64,000 nt of DNA, taken from positions 36,418 to 100,417 of the forward strand of contig CAWEWF010000014.1 of the NCBI GenBank assembly GCA_963812605.1, read 5' to 3'. The stretch comes from an uncultured Verrucomicrobiae bacterium. Its GTDB lineage: Bacteria > Verrucomicrobiota > Verrucomicrobiia > Palsa-1439. Positions within the stretch are counted from its first letter, which is position 1. Each line of letters begins with the position of its first letter. The notes under the pieces are model-generated. The model was not told where the DNA came from and made no database searches. It saw only the letters and a program-made list of their open reading frames with translations. Position numbers and translations under genes: made by a program. Shown piece after piece: positions 26,757-35,614 of this stretch.

Positions 26757-27230
26757 CTAATCTGGCGCAGACTCCGAGGCTTGCCACGATACGACCCGCC
26801 ATTTTCCCTGGCGGCGCACATACACCTTCGTGAAGCGCCAATCCTCATGGATATTCTTGTCCCCAAAGGTTCGTTCGCGCACCAAACGGCCCGTCACGAC
26901 TGCGGCTTCGCCATAGATGCGGAAAGCGGTGTCGGATGTTTCATAGCGTTGGAACTTCATGCGTCCGGTCCGCCAGATCGCCAACGATTGCGTCTTGTTC
27001 ATCACCTGCATTCTGGGGACCGTAACGACTAATTCGTCCGCCCAGAGGTCGTCGAGGGCGGCGGTATCTCCGCGCAGGTGGGCGTCGTTCCACACTTTTT
27101 CGAGGCGTTGAAGTTCGACTTGGTCCGCGGCGTTGATTGAAGTGTCCTTGCGTTCCTGGGCGACCGCAGGCACGAGTGAAAACGCTAGGAACAGGAGGCT
27201 TGCTGCCTTCGTCAGATCAACGAGTCGCAT
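26757..27230 (-). CDS. Secreted NTF2-like (DUF4440/SnoaL-like) protein
   Basis: Signal peptide, size and fold-typical pattern (LEKVWNDAHLRGDTAALDDLWADELVVT). Confidence 0.55.
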   Translation of the reverse strand: MRLVDLTKAASLLFLAFSLVPAVAQERKDTSINAADQVELQRLEKVWNDAHLRGDTAALDDLWADELVVTVPRMQVMNKTQSLAIWRTGRMKFQRYETSDTAFRIYGEAAVVTGRLVRERTFGDKNIHEDWRFTKVYVRRQGKWRVVSWQASESAPD

Positions 27231-27523
27231 GGATTCATTTAAGGGGCCGGATGAATTTCTGTCAAGGCCAGAGGGAAGGGGTCAGACCCGCGTAATCGCA
27301 TATTTATCAGCCGACTTGGCAAGTATAGGATCAGACTGCGCGAAGGCTCGCCGAATCCGGACACCAGATTCTGCGTGAGACGAATGGACGCGGAGTACTA
27401 TCAGCAGTGCCGTGCAAGGTCTCACCGATATGAGCTTGCGCATTTCGCGGCTTGCGCCTAATACTGTGTTCACACGTTGGTTACGGCTACTGGTCCGGAA
27501 TCTGCGAAACGGAGGATAGGCCC

Positions 27524-28480
27524 ATGAAAGTCAAGAATTTGAAATATACCTTGGTTGCTTCGCTGATGGCGATTACGGCCGCGCTCAATGCCCGCGCCTG
27601 GGATGGCACGGGGCACATGCTCGTCGCGCAGGTTGCGTACGACCGTCTCAATGACAAGGCGCGCGCGCGCGTGGACGAATTGGCCGCCAAACTTCACAAG
27701 GGCGATGCGCCATACAACGGCATCAATATCGCGTGCTGGCCCGACGACATCAAAGGGCCGGCTTCCGACCCGCAATTCCGCGGCTTGTACAAACCGTGGC
27801 ATTACATCGACATCGGCTGCAATCCCAACGATCCGGATCAATTCGCCAATCCTCCCGCGTTGACCCCGACCAATGGCAATGTCCTCGTGGCGCTGACGCA
27901 CTGCGTGGATCTCATTCGCAACAAGCAGTACGATGCGCTCGTGACGAACGAATCCGTCGCGCTGGCCATGGTCATTCATTTCGTGGGCGATATTCACCAG
28001 CCGTTGCATACGACCGCGCGCTACAACCCGGACCCGAAGCCTGACGACAAGTTCAAGGATGACGCCGGCGGCAACGGCGTGACCGTGGCCAATCTTGGCG
28101 ACGAGGTTTGGGGAAAGAACCTGCATTCGTTCTGGGACGAGGCGTATCGGCGCTACTACGAGAATGGCCAGGTCCAGGCCCTCGACCCGCTCGACCATGC
28201 CGACGCGCCGGACAGTCCGCCGTTGAAGGAGTGGATGAAGAAACTTCCTCTTGATGTGCCTGGGAAGCTGGATACGACTTATGACGTGAAGAAGTGGATC
28301 ATGGAATCGCACGAGATCGCCTGCACACAGGTCTATGGCACGCTCGGCGAACCCTACGGTGCCAAGGACATCAAGTTGAAGGAAGAATACGTCAAACAAG
28401 CGACGAACACCGCGCGCCACCAGATCGTCGTCGCCGGCTACCGCCTTGCTGCACTGCTCAACGATCTTTACGGAAAATAA
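27524..28480 (+). CDS. S1/P1-family single-strand-specific nuclease (secreted)
   Basis: Signal peptide, mature N-terminus WDGTGHMLVAQVA (W-x-x-G-H), and zinc-ligand motif HFVGDIHQPLH. Confidence 0.8.
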   Translation: MKVKNLKYTLVASLMAITAALNARAWDGTGHMLVAQVAYDRLNDKARARVDELAAKLHKGDAPYNGINIACWPDDIKGPASDPQFRGLYKPWHYIDIGCNPNDPDQFANPPALTPTNGNVLVALTHCVDLIRNKQYDALVTNESVALAMVIHFVGDIHQPLHTTARYNPDPKPDDKFKDDAGGNGVTVANLGDEVWGKNLHSFWDEAYRRYYENGQVQALDPLDHADAPDSPPLKEWMKKLPLDVPGKLDTTYDVKKWIMESHEIACTQVYGTLGEPYGAKDIKLKEEYVKQATNTARHQIVVAGYRLAALLNDLYGK

Positions 28481-28515
28481 ACTCGTACAGTCGAGTGGTC
28501 GCGCAGCGAATACAA

Positions 28516-28556
28516 AAAGACGCGCTTCGGATACCGAAGCGCGTCTTTGTTTCTGA
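28516..28556. terminator. Bidirectional rho-independent terminator between convergent genes
   Basis: Perfect 15-bp stem aaagacgcgcttcgg / ccgaagcgcgtcttt with a 3-nt loop, followed by a T-rich tract. Confidence 0.7.
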
Positions 28557-28584
28557 AACAGGCGGTTGATCGGGATCGCTGTGT

Positions 28585-28968
28585 CTACCGCCCGCCTTCT
28601 TCGTGTCGCTCCTCGCGTGGAGGCGCAGCATGCGAAGGATATCGCGCCCGAATTTCCTCGTGACGCTCGTAAGGAACCCGCGTGTTCAATCTTACGTTCA
28701 CGCGCGCCCTCTCATGAAGCACAATGGTCGGCGGCAACCGCCGGCCGTTGTGCCACCCGCCGCCTCCGAACCAGAAATAAACGCCGGTAGCGGGGTAAAA
28801 ATAGACTTCTTCGTCGGGATAATAGTAGTAATCGTAGCCTTCGACAGCCACCGGTGGCGGCGGTGGTTGGGCGTACGGTCTTTCTTCATAACAGCCGACA
28901 AGCGCCACCAGCGCAGCGGCTCCGACCAGTGGTAACAACACGTCCTTGGATTTCCTCAGACCCTTCAT
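28585..28968 (-). CDS. Small lipoprotein (hypothetical), Tyr/Pro-rich
   Basis: Lipobox LVGC after a signal sequence. Confidence 0.5.
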   Translation of the reverse strand: MKGLRKSKDVLLPLVGAAALVALVGCYEERPYAQPPPPPVAVEGYDYYYYPDEEVYFYPATGVYFWFGGGGWHNGRRLPPTIVLHERARVNVRLNTRVPYERHEEIRARYPSHAAPPREERHEEGGR

Positions 28969-29167
28969 AACATTCCCCTTTCCGTTGTCGTTCCTTGATG
29001 CACCAAAGAAACGTAAGCCCGGTTTTTAAACTCGTCAAGAGACGGGATGGAATTCCCAGCGCAGCGCTTGTTGTGGATACGATTCCAGGCTTGCACTTTG
29101 GGATGCGTGAGAGTATTTAGCGATCAAGCTTGGAGATGGAGAGGCTCAGTTTGCGAGGTGATGGCAC

Positions 29168-30691
29168 GTGGCTACTTTCAATTCAGTTCCGCCCCGACAT
29201 GAGGACACTGGCGGGGCCCATTACGGTTTTGACCCAATGCGGTTTGGTCTCATCGGCGCGGTGGTCCTGGCCGCCGTGATTGTTGTCGGGTTCGTTTTTG
29301 CCTGGTTCTACTGCCGCATCGAACCCCCCACCGGAACCTGTGCAATTCTGACGCGGCTTGACGGCAAGGATATTCCCGCCAACGAGATCATCGCCACGTC
29401 GCCGGACCAGAAGGGAATCCAGTTGGATCCGCTGAGCGAAGGCCGCTATTTTCGCAATCCGCTGTACTGGCACTGGGAGATTGTGCCATTGGTGCAGATC
29501 CAGCAGAGCGAAGTCGGCGTGCTGGTGCGGCAGTTTGGCAAGACCGCGCCGCCGGGCCAGTTTATCGTGAAGGACAAGGAAGCGGACGGCACGCAGTATC
29601 GCGGGGTGATTGAGGAACCCCTGCGGCCGGGTACCTATCGAATCAATCCCAACGCCTATCACGTCGAGAAACGGCCCGCGGTGAAGATTGAACCCGGCGA
29701 GGTCGGCGTGGTCACGCTCCGTTACGGACGCGACCCGGCGGAGGCGAACACGATCCTGGTGAAGGACGGCGAACGCGGCGTGCAGGAGACGCCGTTGCGG
29801 CCGGGCACGTATTACCTCAACCCGTACATTTATCGCGTGGACGTGGTCGGCGTGCAGAGCCATAAGACGGAATTCGAGATCAACTTCCTCTCGAAGGATG
29901 GTTTCCGCTTTCCCGTCAAGGGTGCGGTCGAGTGGGCGGTGGAGGAGGCGAAGGCGCCCGAGGTTTTCGTGAAGATCGGCGACGAGGAGGACATCGTCAA
30001 CAAGGTCATCCTGCGCTCGGCGCTCTCGATGAGCCGCATCCAGGGATCGAAGTACAGCTCCGCCGATGTCATCAGCGGTACGGTGCGCAAGGCCTTTCAG
30101 GATGAATTCAGCAAGCACATCACGTCCGAATCCGCGAAGAAGAACATCCTGGTGAAGGCGGCGCTGATCAGCGAGATCGAGCCGTCGCAAAAAATCGCCG
30201 AGCCGATTCGCGAGCGCGAGATCGCCATCCAGACCCGCGCGAAGTACCAAAGTGAAATCGAGCGCGCCAAGTCGGACGCGAACGTTGCGCAGCAGATGAA
30301 AATGCAGGACCAGCGCGTTCGTTTCGTGACGGCGGAGACCACGCGCACCAACGAAATTCAAAAAGCCACGAAGGAGCAGCAGGTACAGGTCATCGCCGCG
30401 CAGCGCGACCTTGAAGTGGCGAAAAAAGACCTGGAGACGGCGGAGAACCAGTCCCAGGCGATTGTTTTCACGGGCCAGGGCGACGCGGACGTGATTACCT
30501 ATACGCGGACAGCGGAAGCGAACGCGCTGCGTTCGATCATCCTGCCGTTCGGCAACGGGGAGGCGTACGCGCGCTATTTGTATTTGAAGAAGATCGCGCC
30601 GAACATCGATTCGATCCTCGCCAACTCGGACGGGCCGCTTGCGGAACCTCTGCGGCAACTATCGCTGTCGCCGAAAGGCGGCGCCAAGTGA
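29168..30691 (+). CDS. SPFH/band-7 domain membrane protein with a triplicated N-terminal hairpin motif and a C-terminal coiled coil (paralog A)
   Basis: N-terminal TM, then three repeats of the E-x-G-V-hydrophobic … PG-T-Y-x-x-NP pattern (like the first strand/loop of HflK/C-type SPFH domains), then SPFH-like core and long alpha-helical tail. Confidence 0.65.
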   Translation: MATFNSVPPRHEDTGGAHYGFDPMRFGLIGAVVLAAVIVVGFVFAWFYCRIEPPTGTCAILTRLDGKDIPANEIIATSPDQKGIQLDPLSEGRYFRNPLYWHWEIVPLVQIQQSEVGVLVRQFGKTAPPGQFIVKDKEADGTQYRGVIEEPLRPGTYRINPNAYHVEKRPAVKIEPGEVGVVTLRYGRDPAEANTILVKDGERGVQETPLRPGTYYLNPYIYRVDVVGVQSHKTEFEINFLSKDGFRFPVKGAVEWAVEEAKAPEVFVKIGDEEDIVNKVILRSALSMSRIQGSKYSSADVISGTVRKAFQDEFSKHITSESAKKNILVKAALISEIEPSQKIAEPIREREIAIQTRAKYQSEIERAKSDANVAQQMKMQDQRVRFVTAETTRTNEIQKATKEQQVQVIAAQRDLEVAKKDLETAENQSQAIVFTGQGDADVITYTRTAEANALRSIILPFGNGEAYARYLYLKKIAPNIDSILANSDGPLAEPLRQLSLSPKGGAK

Positions 30692-31194
30692 GCGGGCAAC
30701 GGCGGGAACGTCGAATGCTCAACATTGAACTTTCAACGCTGAAAGAGGGAGGCGCGACCTACCAGGTTTACGACTTGGAGGAGAGACTTCTGGAGTACGC
30801 GGCAAGTATCATCCGTCTGGTGGAGCGGTTGCCTGCGACTCGTGCAGGCAATCATATCGCGGCGCAGTTGTTGAGGTCGGGGACTTCGCCGTTGCCCAAC
30901 CACGCCGAGGCACAAGCGGCAGAGTCGCGCAATGACTTCATCCACAAGTTAAGAATTTGTCTCAAGGAACTGCGGGAATCACTTCGCTGGTTGAAGCTCA
31001 TGAGGCGCGTGCCGCTTTTACAGCCGGCGTCGCAAGTTGACGCGCTCCTGACGGAGACGGAAGCCTTGGTAAAAATCTTCGTGGCGAGCGTCCGCACCGC
31101 CACGGCGAAAAATGGTCGCCCGTCCGCAGTTGGACGTTCGAAGTTCAACGTTGGACGTTCCGAGTTGAATTCGTTGCAGGAAGGTGGGCAATGA
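30688..31194 (+). CDS. Four-helix-bundle protein (23S rRNA intervening-sequence-protein family)
   Basis: YQVYDLEERLLEYAASIIRLVERLP … FIHKLRICLKELRESLRWLKL matches the family pattern. The alternative ATG at 30715 is possible. Confidence 0.65.
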   Translation: MSGQRRERRMLNIELSTLKEGGATYQVYDLEERLLEYAASIIRLVERLPATRAGNHIAAQLLRSGTSPLPNHAEAQAAESRNDFIHKLRICLKELRESLRWLKLMRRVPLLQPASQVDALLTETEALVKIFVASVRTATAKNGRPSAVGRSKFNVGRSELNSLQEGGQ

Positions 31195-32810
31195 AGAACC
31201 GCACTTTCATGATGGTGACTGCCGGGGTGCTGGTGCTGCTGCTGGCGTACGTGTTCGTCTACGAAGGGTTTTGGGTTTGGGTGGTGGAGAATACCGTGGT
31301 GCCGTCGAACAAGATGCTTGTCGTGATCGCCAAGACGGGCCGGGAAATGCCGGCCGGCCAAATCATCGCGGAGCCCGGGCAAAAAGGCGTGCTCCTCGAA
31401 CCGCTCGGCCCAGGCCGTCACTTCGTCAATCCGTTCCTGTACGAGCGGCAACTGAAAGACCAGGTTGTCGTGTCCGGCGGCGAAGTCGGCGTGGTGATCA
31501 CCAAGTTCGGCAAAGAACTACCTGAGGGTGAGTTTCTTGCTGGTCCGGGGGAACGCGGCATCCAGCGCGAGGTGCTGTTGCCCGGCACCTACCGGCTCAA
31601 TCCGTACGCCTACGAAATTCGGGTGGTAAAAATGATCGAGATCGATCCCGGTTACGTGGGCGTGGTCACGGCGCGTTCGGGCAAGCCCGCGGAAACGCAG
31701 TTGGCCGGTCCCGGTGAGCGCGGCGTGCAAAAGGTTGTCCTGCAACCCGGCTTGTACCCGCTCAATCCCGAGGCCTTTTCCGTCGAGCGCATCGAAATTG
31801 GTTACAACCAGATCACGATGGCCCACGCGGGCAAATTGCCGCAGTCGCAAACCTCGGGCCAGTTCGCCGGCAAGGAGAAACAGGCGGAAGCGATTGGCGA
31901 GGCGATGCAGCGGGCCCAGGTTCCCTCGGGCCAGTACGGCATTCCCGTCCTGCCCGCGGTAACGTTCCCATCGAGCGACGGATTTGAGATCACCATCGAC
32001 GTGACACTGCTCTGGCAATTGCTGCCGGAGGATGCGCCGTCGGTCGTGGCGCGGTACGGCAACATCAAGAAGATCGAGGAAAACATCCTGATCCCGCAGA
32101 TCAATTCCACCGCCCGCATCAAGGGGTCCACTTTTGGCGCGGTGGACTTCATCGTCGGCGACAAACGCGAGGAATTCCAGCGGGCGTTCCAGGAAACCAT
32201 CGAGACGACGTTGCAGGAGAAGAAACTGCAAGTGGACCTCGCGCTCGTGCAGGACACGCTGGTCCCCGACAACATTTCGGGGCCAATTCAGGACGCGCGC
32301 ATCGCGGCTGAGTGGAACATCACGAATGTCGAGAAGACAAAGACGGAAGCCAACAAGGCGGAACTGGACGAGAACATCGGCAAGATTCGCCAGGTTGAGC
32401 AGGTCGTCGAATACGAGACGCAGCGGCTGGAAGGCAACATCCACGCCGAGCAGGAAAAACAGGTGAATGAGACTGCCGCGCAGACGCGGTTGCTCGTCGC
32501 GGAGTTGGCGCGGCAGACCGCCGCGATTCGAGCGGACATCAAACGCAAACTTGGCGGCGCCGAGGCAAAGGTGGTGGAACTCAAGGGCAAAGCGGAAGGC
32601 GACGGCTACGCCTTGCAGGTGAAAGCGGTCGGCACGCCGGCAGATTACGCGTTCTACCAGTTCGCCCAGCAATTGCCTGAACAGATGAAGCTGATGTTGA
32701 TCTACGCCGGCACCGGCACGTTGTGGACGGACCTGGACAAGGCGATGAAGATTGCGCCGCTCGGCGTGCTACAGGAGCTGCAACAAGGTCCGCCGCCCGC
32801 CAGCAAGTGA
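31191..32810 (+). CDS. SPFH/band-7 domain membrane protein with a triplicated N-terminal hairpin motif (paralog B)
   Basis: Same architecture as 29168-30691: EPGQKGVLLEPLGPGRHFVNPFLYE / GPGERGIQREVLLPGTYRLNPYAYE / GPGERGVQKVVLQPGLYPLNPEAF. Confidence 0.65.
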   Translation: MKNRTFMMVTAGVLVLLLAYVFVYEGFWVWVVENTVVPSNKMLVVIAKTGREMPAGQIIAEPGQKGVLLEPLGPGRHFVNPFLYERQLKDQVVVSGGEVGVVITKFGKELPEGEFLAGPGERGIQREVLLPGTYRLNPYAYEIRVVKMIEIDPGYVGVVTARSGKPAETQLAGPGERGVQKVVLQPGLYPLNPEAFSVERIEIGYNQITMAHAGKLPQSQTSGQFAGKEKQAEAIGEAMQRAQVPSGQYGIPVLPAVTFPSSDGFEITIDVTLLWQLLPEDAPSVVARYGNIKKIEENILIPQINSTARIKGSTFGAVDFIVGDKREEFQRAFQETIETTLQEKKLQVDLALVQDTLVPDNISGPIQDARIAAEWNITNVEKTKTEANKAELDENIGKIRQVEQVVEYETQRLEGNIHAEQEKQVNETAAQTRLLVAELARQTAAIRADIKRKLGGAEAKVVELKGKAEGDGYALQVKAVGTPADYAFYQFAQQLPEQMKLMLIYAGTGTLWTDLDKAMKIAPLGVLQELQQGPPPASK

Positions 32811-32821
32811 GGCCTGCGCTT

Positions 32822-33223
32822 ATGCCAGCGAACTTCGACCACCGCATCTTTCACCGACGCCGCAAGCTGTTCAAGGTCATCGGCCTCGTGCTCGCGCTGG
32901 CAGGCGTGTTCGTACTCCTGAACATGATGGGCGAATTACCCGAGGAGCCGCTGAAAGGCACCAGTGCGATCTTCGCGGGGACCGTGTTGGTTCTTTTTGG
33001 AATCCTTTTTCTCTACCAGGGCTACAAGCTCCCACTCGAAGAAGCGCTTGAACTCATCCACGAACGCGGACGCGGGGTCACCGAATCGGAAATCGTCCAT
33101 GCCATGCGCGTGGACCAACCCACCGCCGGCCGCATCCTCCGCGGCCTCATTGCCAAGGGTTTCCTTCGCCGCGCCACCGAGCAGCCCAGTCACGCCGAGG
33201 AAGTCTTCGAGCCGGTAAGGTAG
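32822..33223 (+). CDS. Small membrane protein with two TM helices and a C-terminal winged-helix-like domain
   Basis: FKVIGLVLALAGVFVLL and AIFAGTVLVLFGILFLY helices. C-terminal TESEIVHAMRVDQPTAGRILRGLIAKGFLRR resembles a MarR/wHTH recognition helix. Confidence 0.5.
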   Translation: MPANFDHRIFHRRRKLFKVIGLVLALAGVFVLLNMMGELPEEPLKGTSAIFAGTVLVLFGILFLYQGYKLPLEEALELIHERGRGVTESEIVHAMRVDQPTAGRILRGLIAKGFLRRATEQPSHAEEVFEPVR

Positions 33224-33366
33224 CGGCCGCGGTCGTGGAACTGAAAAGCGGTTTTTTTCTGGAACAAATCCCTCGCGCCCGCCTCGTACTGTGAAGATGG
33301 GAAATGGCGCGGTCGCCGCGATGGCCGGGGCTGCATTGGTCAACACAGTACGACGGGGGCTAGGGA

Positions 33367-33990
33367 ATGAGAACTGCGACGAAGTCGATTCTGATGGCGG
33401 GGGCATGTCTGGTGCTTGTGGGGATGACCGATCTGGCCGCAACAAACACAATCCAAATATACAACTTTAATTTCGGCACGCCACCGTCCACCCATATTGA
33501 TCCGGTCATCACCGTCGGCGACACGGTTACGTGGGTCTGGACAAATGGCACTCACAGCACCACGGCGGCGCCCGGACAACTGGAGAGTTGGGACTCCGGT
33601 GTGCAGTCAACGGGAGCGACATTCAGCCATACGTTTACCCAACTGGGCACGTTCAACTACTACTGCATGATTCACGGCACCTCTACGGGTTGCCGGGGTG
33701 TCGGCGCGATGTCGGGAAAGGTCATCGTGACGCTGCCCAACACGGCGCCGTATCCGATCACCGGAATTGTGGCGCAAGGCAGTGACATCAGCGTCACCTG
33801 GGTCACGGGCGGTATTTGCCAAACCAATATCTTACAGCGTTCGACCGGTGCGCCCGACGGCAGTTACACGAACACTTTCACGGATATTTTCACCGTGTCC
33901 GGTGCCACTGGCAACACCACCAACTACCTCGATGTCGGCGCGGTCACCAATTTTCCGTTTTCCTACTACCGCATACACATACCGCAGTAG
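33367..33990 (+). CDS. Secreted cupredoxin (plastocyanin/azurin-like type-1 copper protein) fused to the shared ~90-aa C-terminal domain
   Basis: Signal peptide. Cu ligand pattern H…C-x2-H-x4-M in THSTT … YYCMIHGTSTGCRGVGAMSGKV. C-terminal …FPFSYYRIHIPQ. Confidence 0.65.
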   Translation: MRTATKSILMAGACLVLVGMTDLAATNTIQIYNFNFGTPPSTHIDPVITVGDTVTWVWTNGTHSTTAAPGQLESWDSGVQSTGATFSHTFTQLGTFNYYCMIHGTSTGCRGVGAMSGKVIVTLPNTAPYPITGIVAQGSDISVTWVTGGICQTNILQRSTGAPDGSYTNTFTDIFTVSGATGNTTNYLDVGAVTNFPFSYYRIHIPQ

Positions 33991-34030
33991 TCAGGGGCGC
34001 CAAATAAGCCAGCGGGCACCACAAGGACAA

Positions 34031-35614
34031 CTAGGCTGAGGGTTCTTCTTTGCGATAACTGGAGACAACCCAGTCGCTGAGGAATTTGTCGGGGTCGGCC
34101 AGGGCGGATTTGGGGATGACGAATTCAGACTGGCCGGCGTTGCTCTTCACCAGGTTCAGGCCGAACTGGTAGTCCTTGAAAAGCTCGCGGCAGAGGTCGG
34201 TGACGGATTTGTGGGCGTGCTGGGCGCGCTCAATGATTTCTTCGATCGCGTCGGGTTCCAGGCGCATCCGCAGTTTGTGTTTCTCCTCGAACCTTCGCTC
34301 GTAATCGTGGACGAGTTGGCGCATCAATTCGCGCTGTTCGTACGCCGGTTCGTTGAGGATGCGTTGCAGTTCCGCCTCGGGGTTCTCCACAAGCGAGCGC
34401 GTGACGACGAATTGCCGCACCGTCGAGGAGGGCAGCTCGAACTTGAATTCCCGCAGGGCGCGTTCGCAAACAGTGAGCAACCCGCGCGCGCCGGTGTTTT
34501 CGAGCGCGGCTTTCTCGGCGATGGCGTGCAAACCCTCGTCCGAAAACATCACGTCGATGCCAAACGCGTGGAAGCTCGATTCGTACTGCTTGATCACCGA
34601 GCCCTCGCTTTGCTTGAGGATATGGTAGAGGTCGGCGACCGCGAGTTTATCGAGGACGACGCGGACGGGAAGGCGCCCAATGAACTCCGGTTCAAAACCG
34701 AATTTCACGAAGTCCTCCGTTTGCGCCCGCCGCTGAAGTTCCGCTTCGGTCACGGATTCCGCCAGGTGGCCGCCGAAACCGATATCCGCCTGGCGCACGC
34801 GCTTGCGGATGATCTCGAGCATCTGGTCGAAAGCGCCGCTAACGATGAAGAGAATGTGCTTGGTATTGATCGTCTCGCGTTTGACCTTGCCGCGCCGCTG
34901 GTATTCGAAAGCGGCCTGCAATTGTGCCTGGATGTCCGTGGGCGAGCGGAGAGGGACTTCCGTTTCCTCCATGAGTTTCAAGAGATTGGTCTGCACTCCG
35001 CGGCCGCTCACGTCGCGCCCGATGATATTGGCGGGCGCGGCAATTTTATCGATCTCATCGAGGTAAACGATGCCGTAGCTCGCGAGGTTTACGTCGCCGT
35101 CCGCGCGGTGGATGAGCTCACGGACAAGGTCTTCCACGTCGCCGCCGACGTAACCGGTTTCGCTGAACTTGGTGGCGTCCGCTTTCACGAACGGCACGCC
35201 GATGAGGTCGGCAATCGTCTTGATGAGATACGTCTTGCCCACGCCCGTGGGGCCGATGAGCAGCACGTTTTGTTTTACGTAATCGCGCAGTTCCTCGCCG
35301 TGCTCAGCGGCCTTGACGTGGTTGTAATGGTCGCAGACCGCGATGGCGAGGGCCTTTTTGGCGTCTTCCTGCTGGATGACAAAGCGGTCGAGATGCGCTT
35401 TGACCTCCTTCGGCTTGAGATGGAAATCGAACTCGAGTTCCTTGCGTTTTGGTTCCTCGCTCGGCGGCGCGGTTTCCACCGTCTCGGCCTGGGGCGAGGC
35501 AAAGACGACCCGGTCGCCAAACTCCTGTTTCATGAATTCAGAAAGTTTCTTCTGGATCTCTTCCGGCGACGGCAGTGGTTGGTCAGAACTCATATCATGG
35601 ATACTGTAGCTCAC
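34031..35614 (-). CDS. ClpX-family AAA+ unfoldase, atypical (no N-terminal zinc-binding domain, extended C-terminus)
   Basis: Walker A LLIGPTGVGKT, GYVGGDVE pore-loop region, Walker B IVYLDEIDK. Confidence 0.7.
   Translation of the reverse strand: MSYSIHDMSSDQPLPSPEEIQKKLSEFMKQEFGDRVVFASPQAETVETAPPSEEPKRKELEFDFHLKPKEVKAHLDRFVIQQEDAKKALAIAVCDHYNHVKAAEHGEELRDYVKQNVLLIGPTGVGKTYLIKTIADLIGVPFVKADATKFSETGYVGGDVEDLVRELIHRADGDVNLASYGIVYLDEIDKIAAPANIIGRDVSGRGVQTNLLKLMEETEVPLRSPTDIQAQLQAAFEYQRRGKVKRETINTKHILFIVSGAFDQMLEIIRKRVRQADIGFGGHLAESVTEAELQRRAQTEDFVKFGFEPEFIGRLPVRVVLDKLAVADLYHILKQSEGSVIKQYESSFHAFGIDVMFSDEGLHAIAEKAALENTGARGLLTVCERALREFKFELPSSTVRQFVVTRSLVENPEAELQRILNEPAYEQRELMRQLVHDYERRFEEKHKLRMRLEPDAIEEIIERAQHAHKSVTDLCRELFKDYQFGLNLVKSNAGQSEFVIPKSALADPDKFLSDWVVSSYRKEEPSA

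Noticed and set aside
29183-30658. 491-aa minus-strand ORF
   Set aside because: Antisense to the SPFH paralog A. Arg/Leu/His-rich with no domain features.
31518-32672. 384-aa minus-strand ORF
   Set aside because: Antisense to SPFH paralog B. Same compositional artefact.
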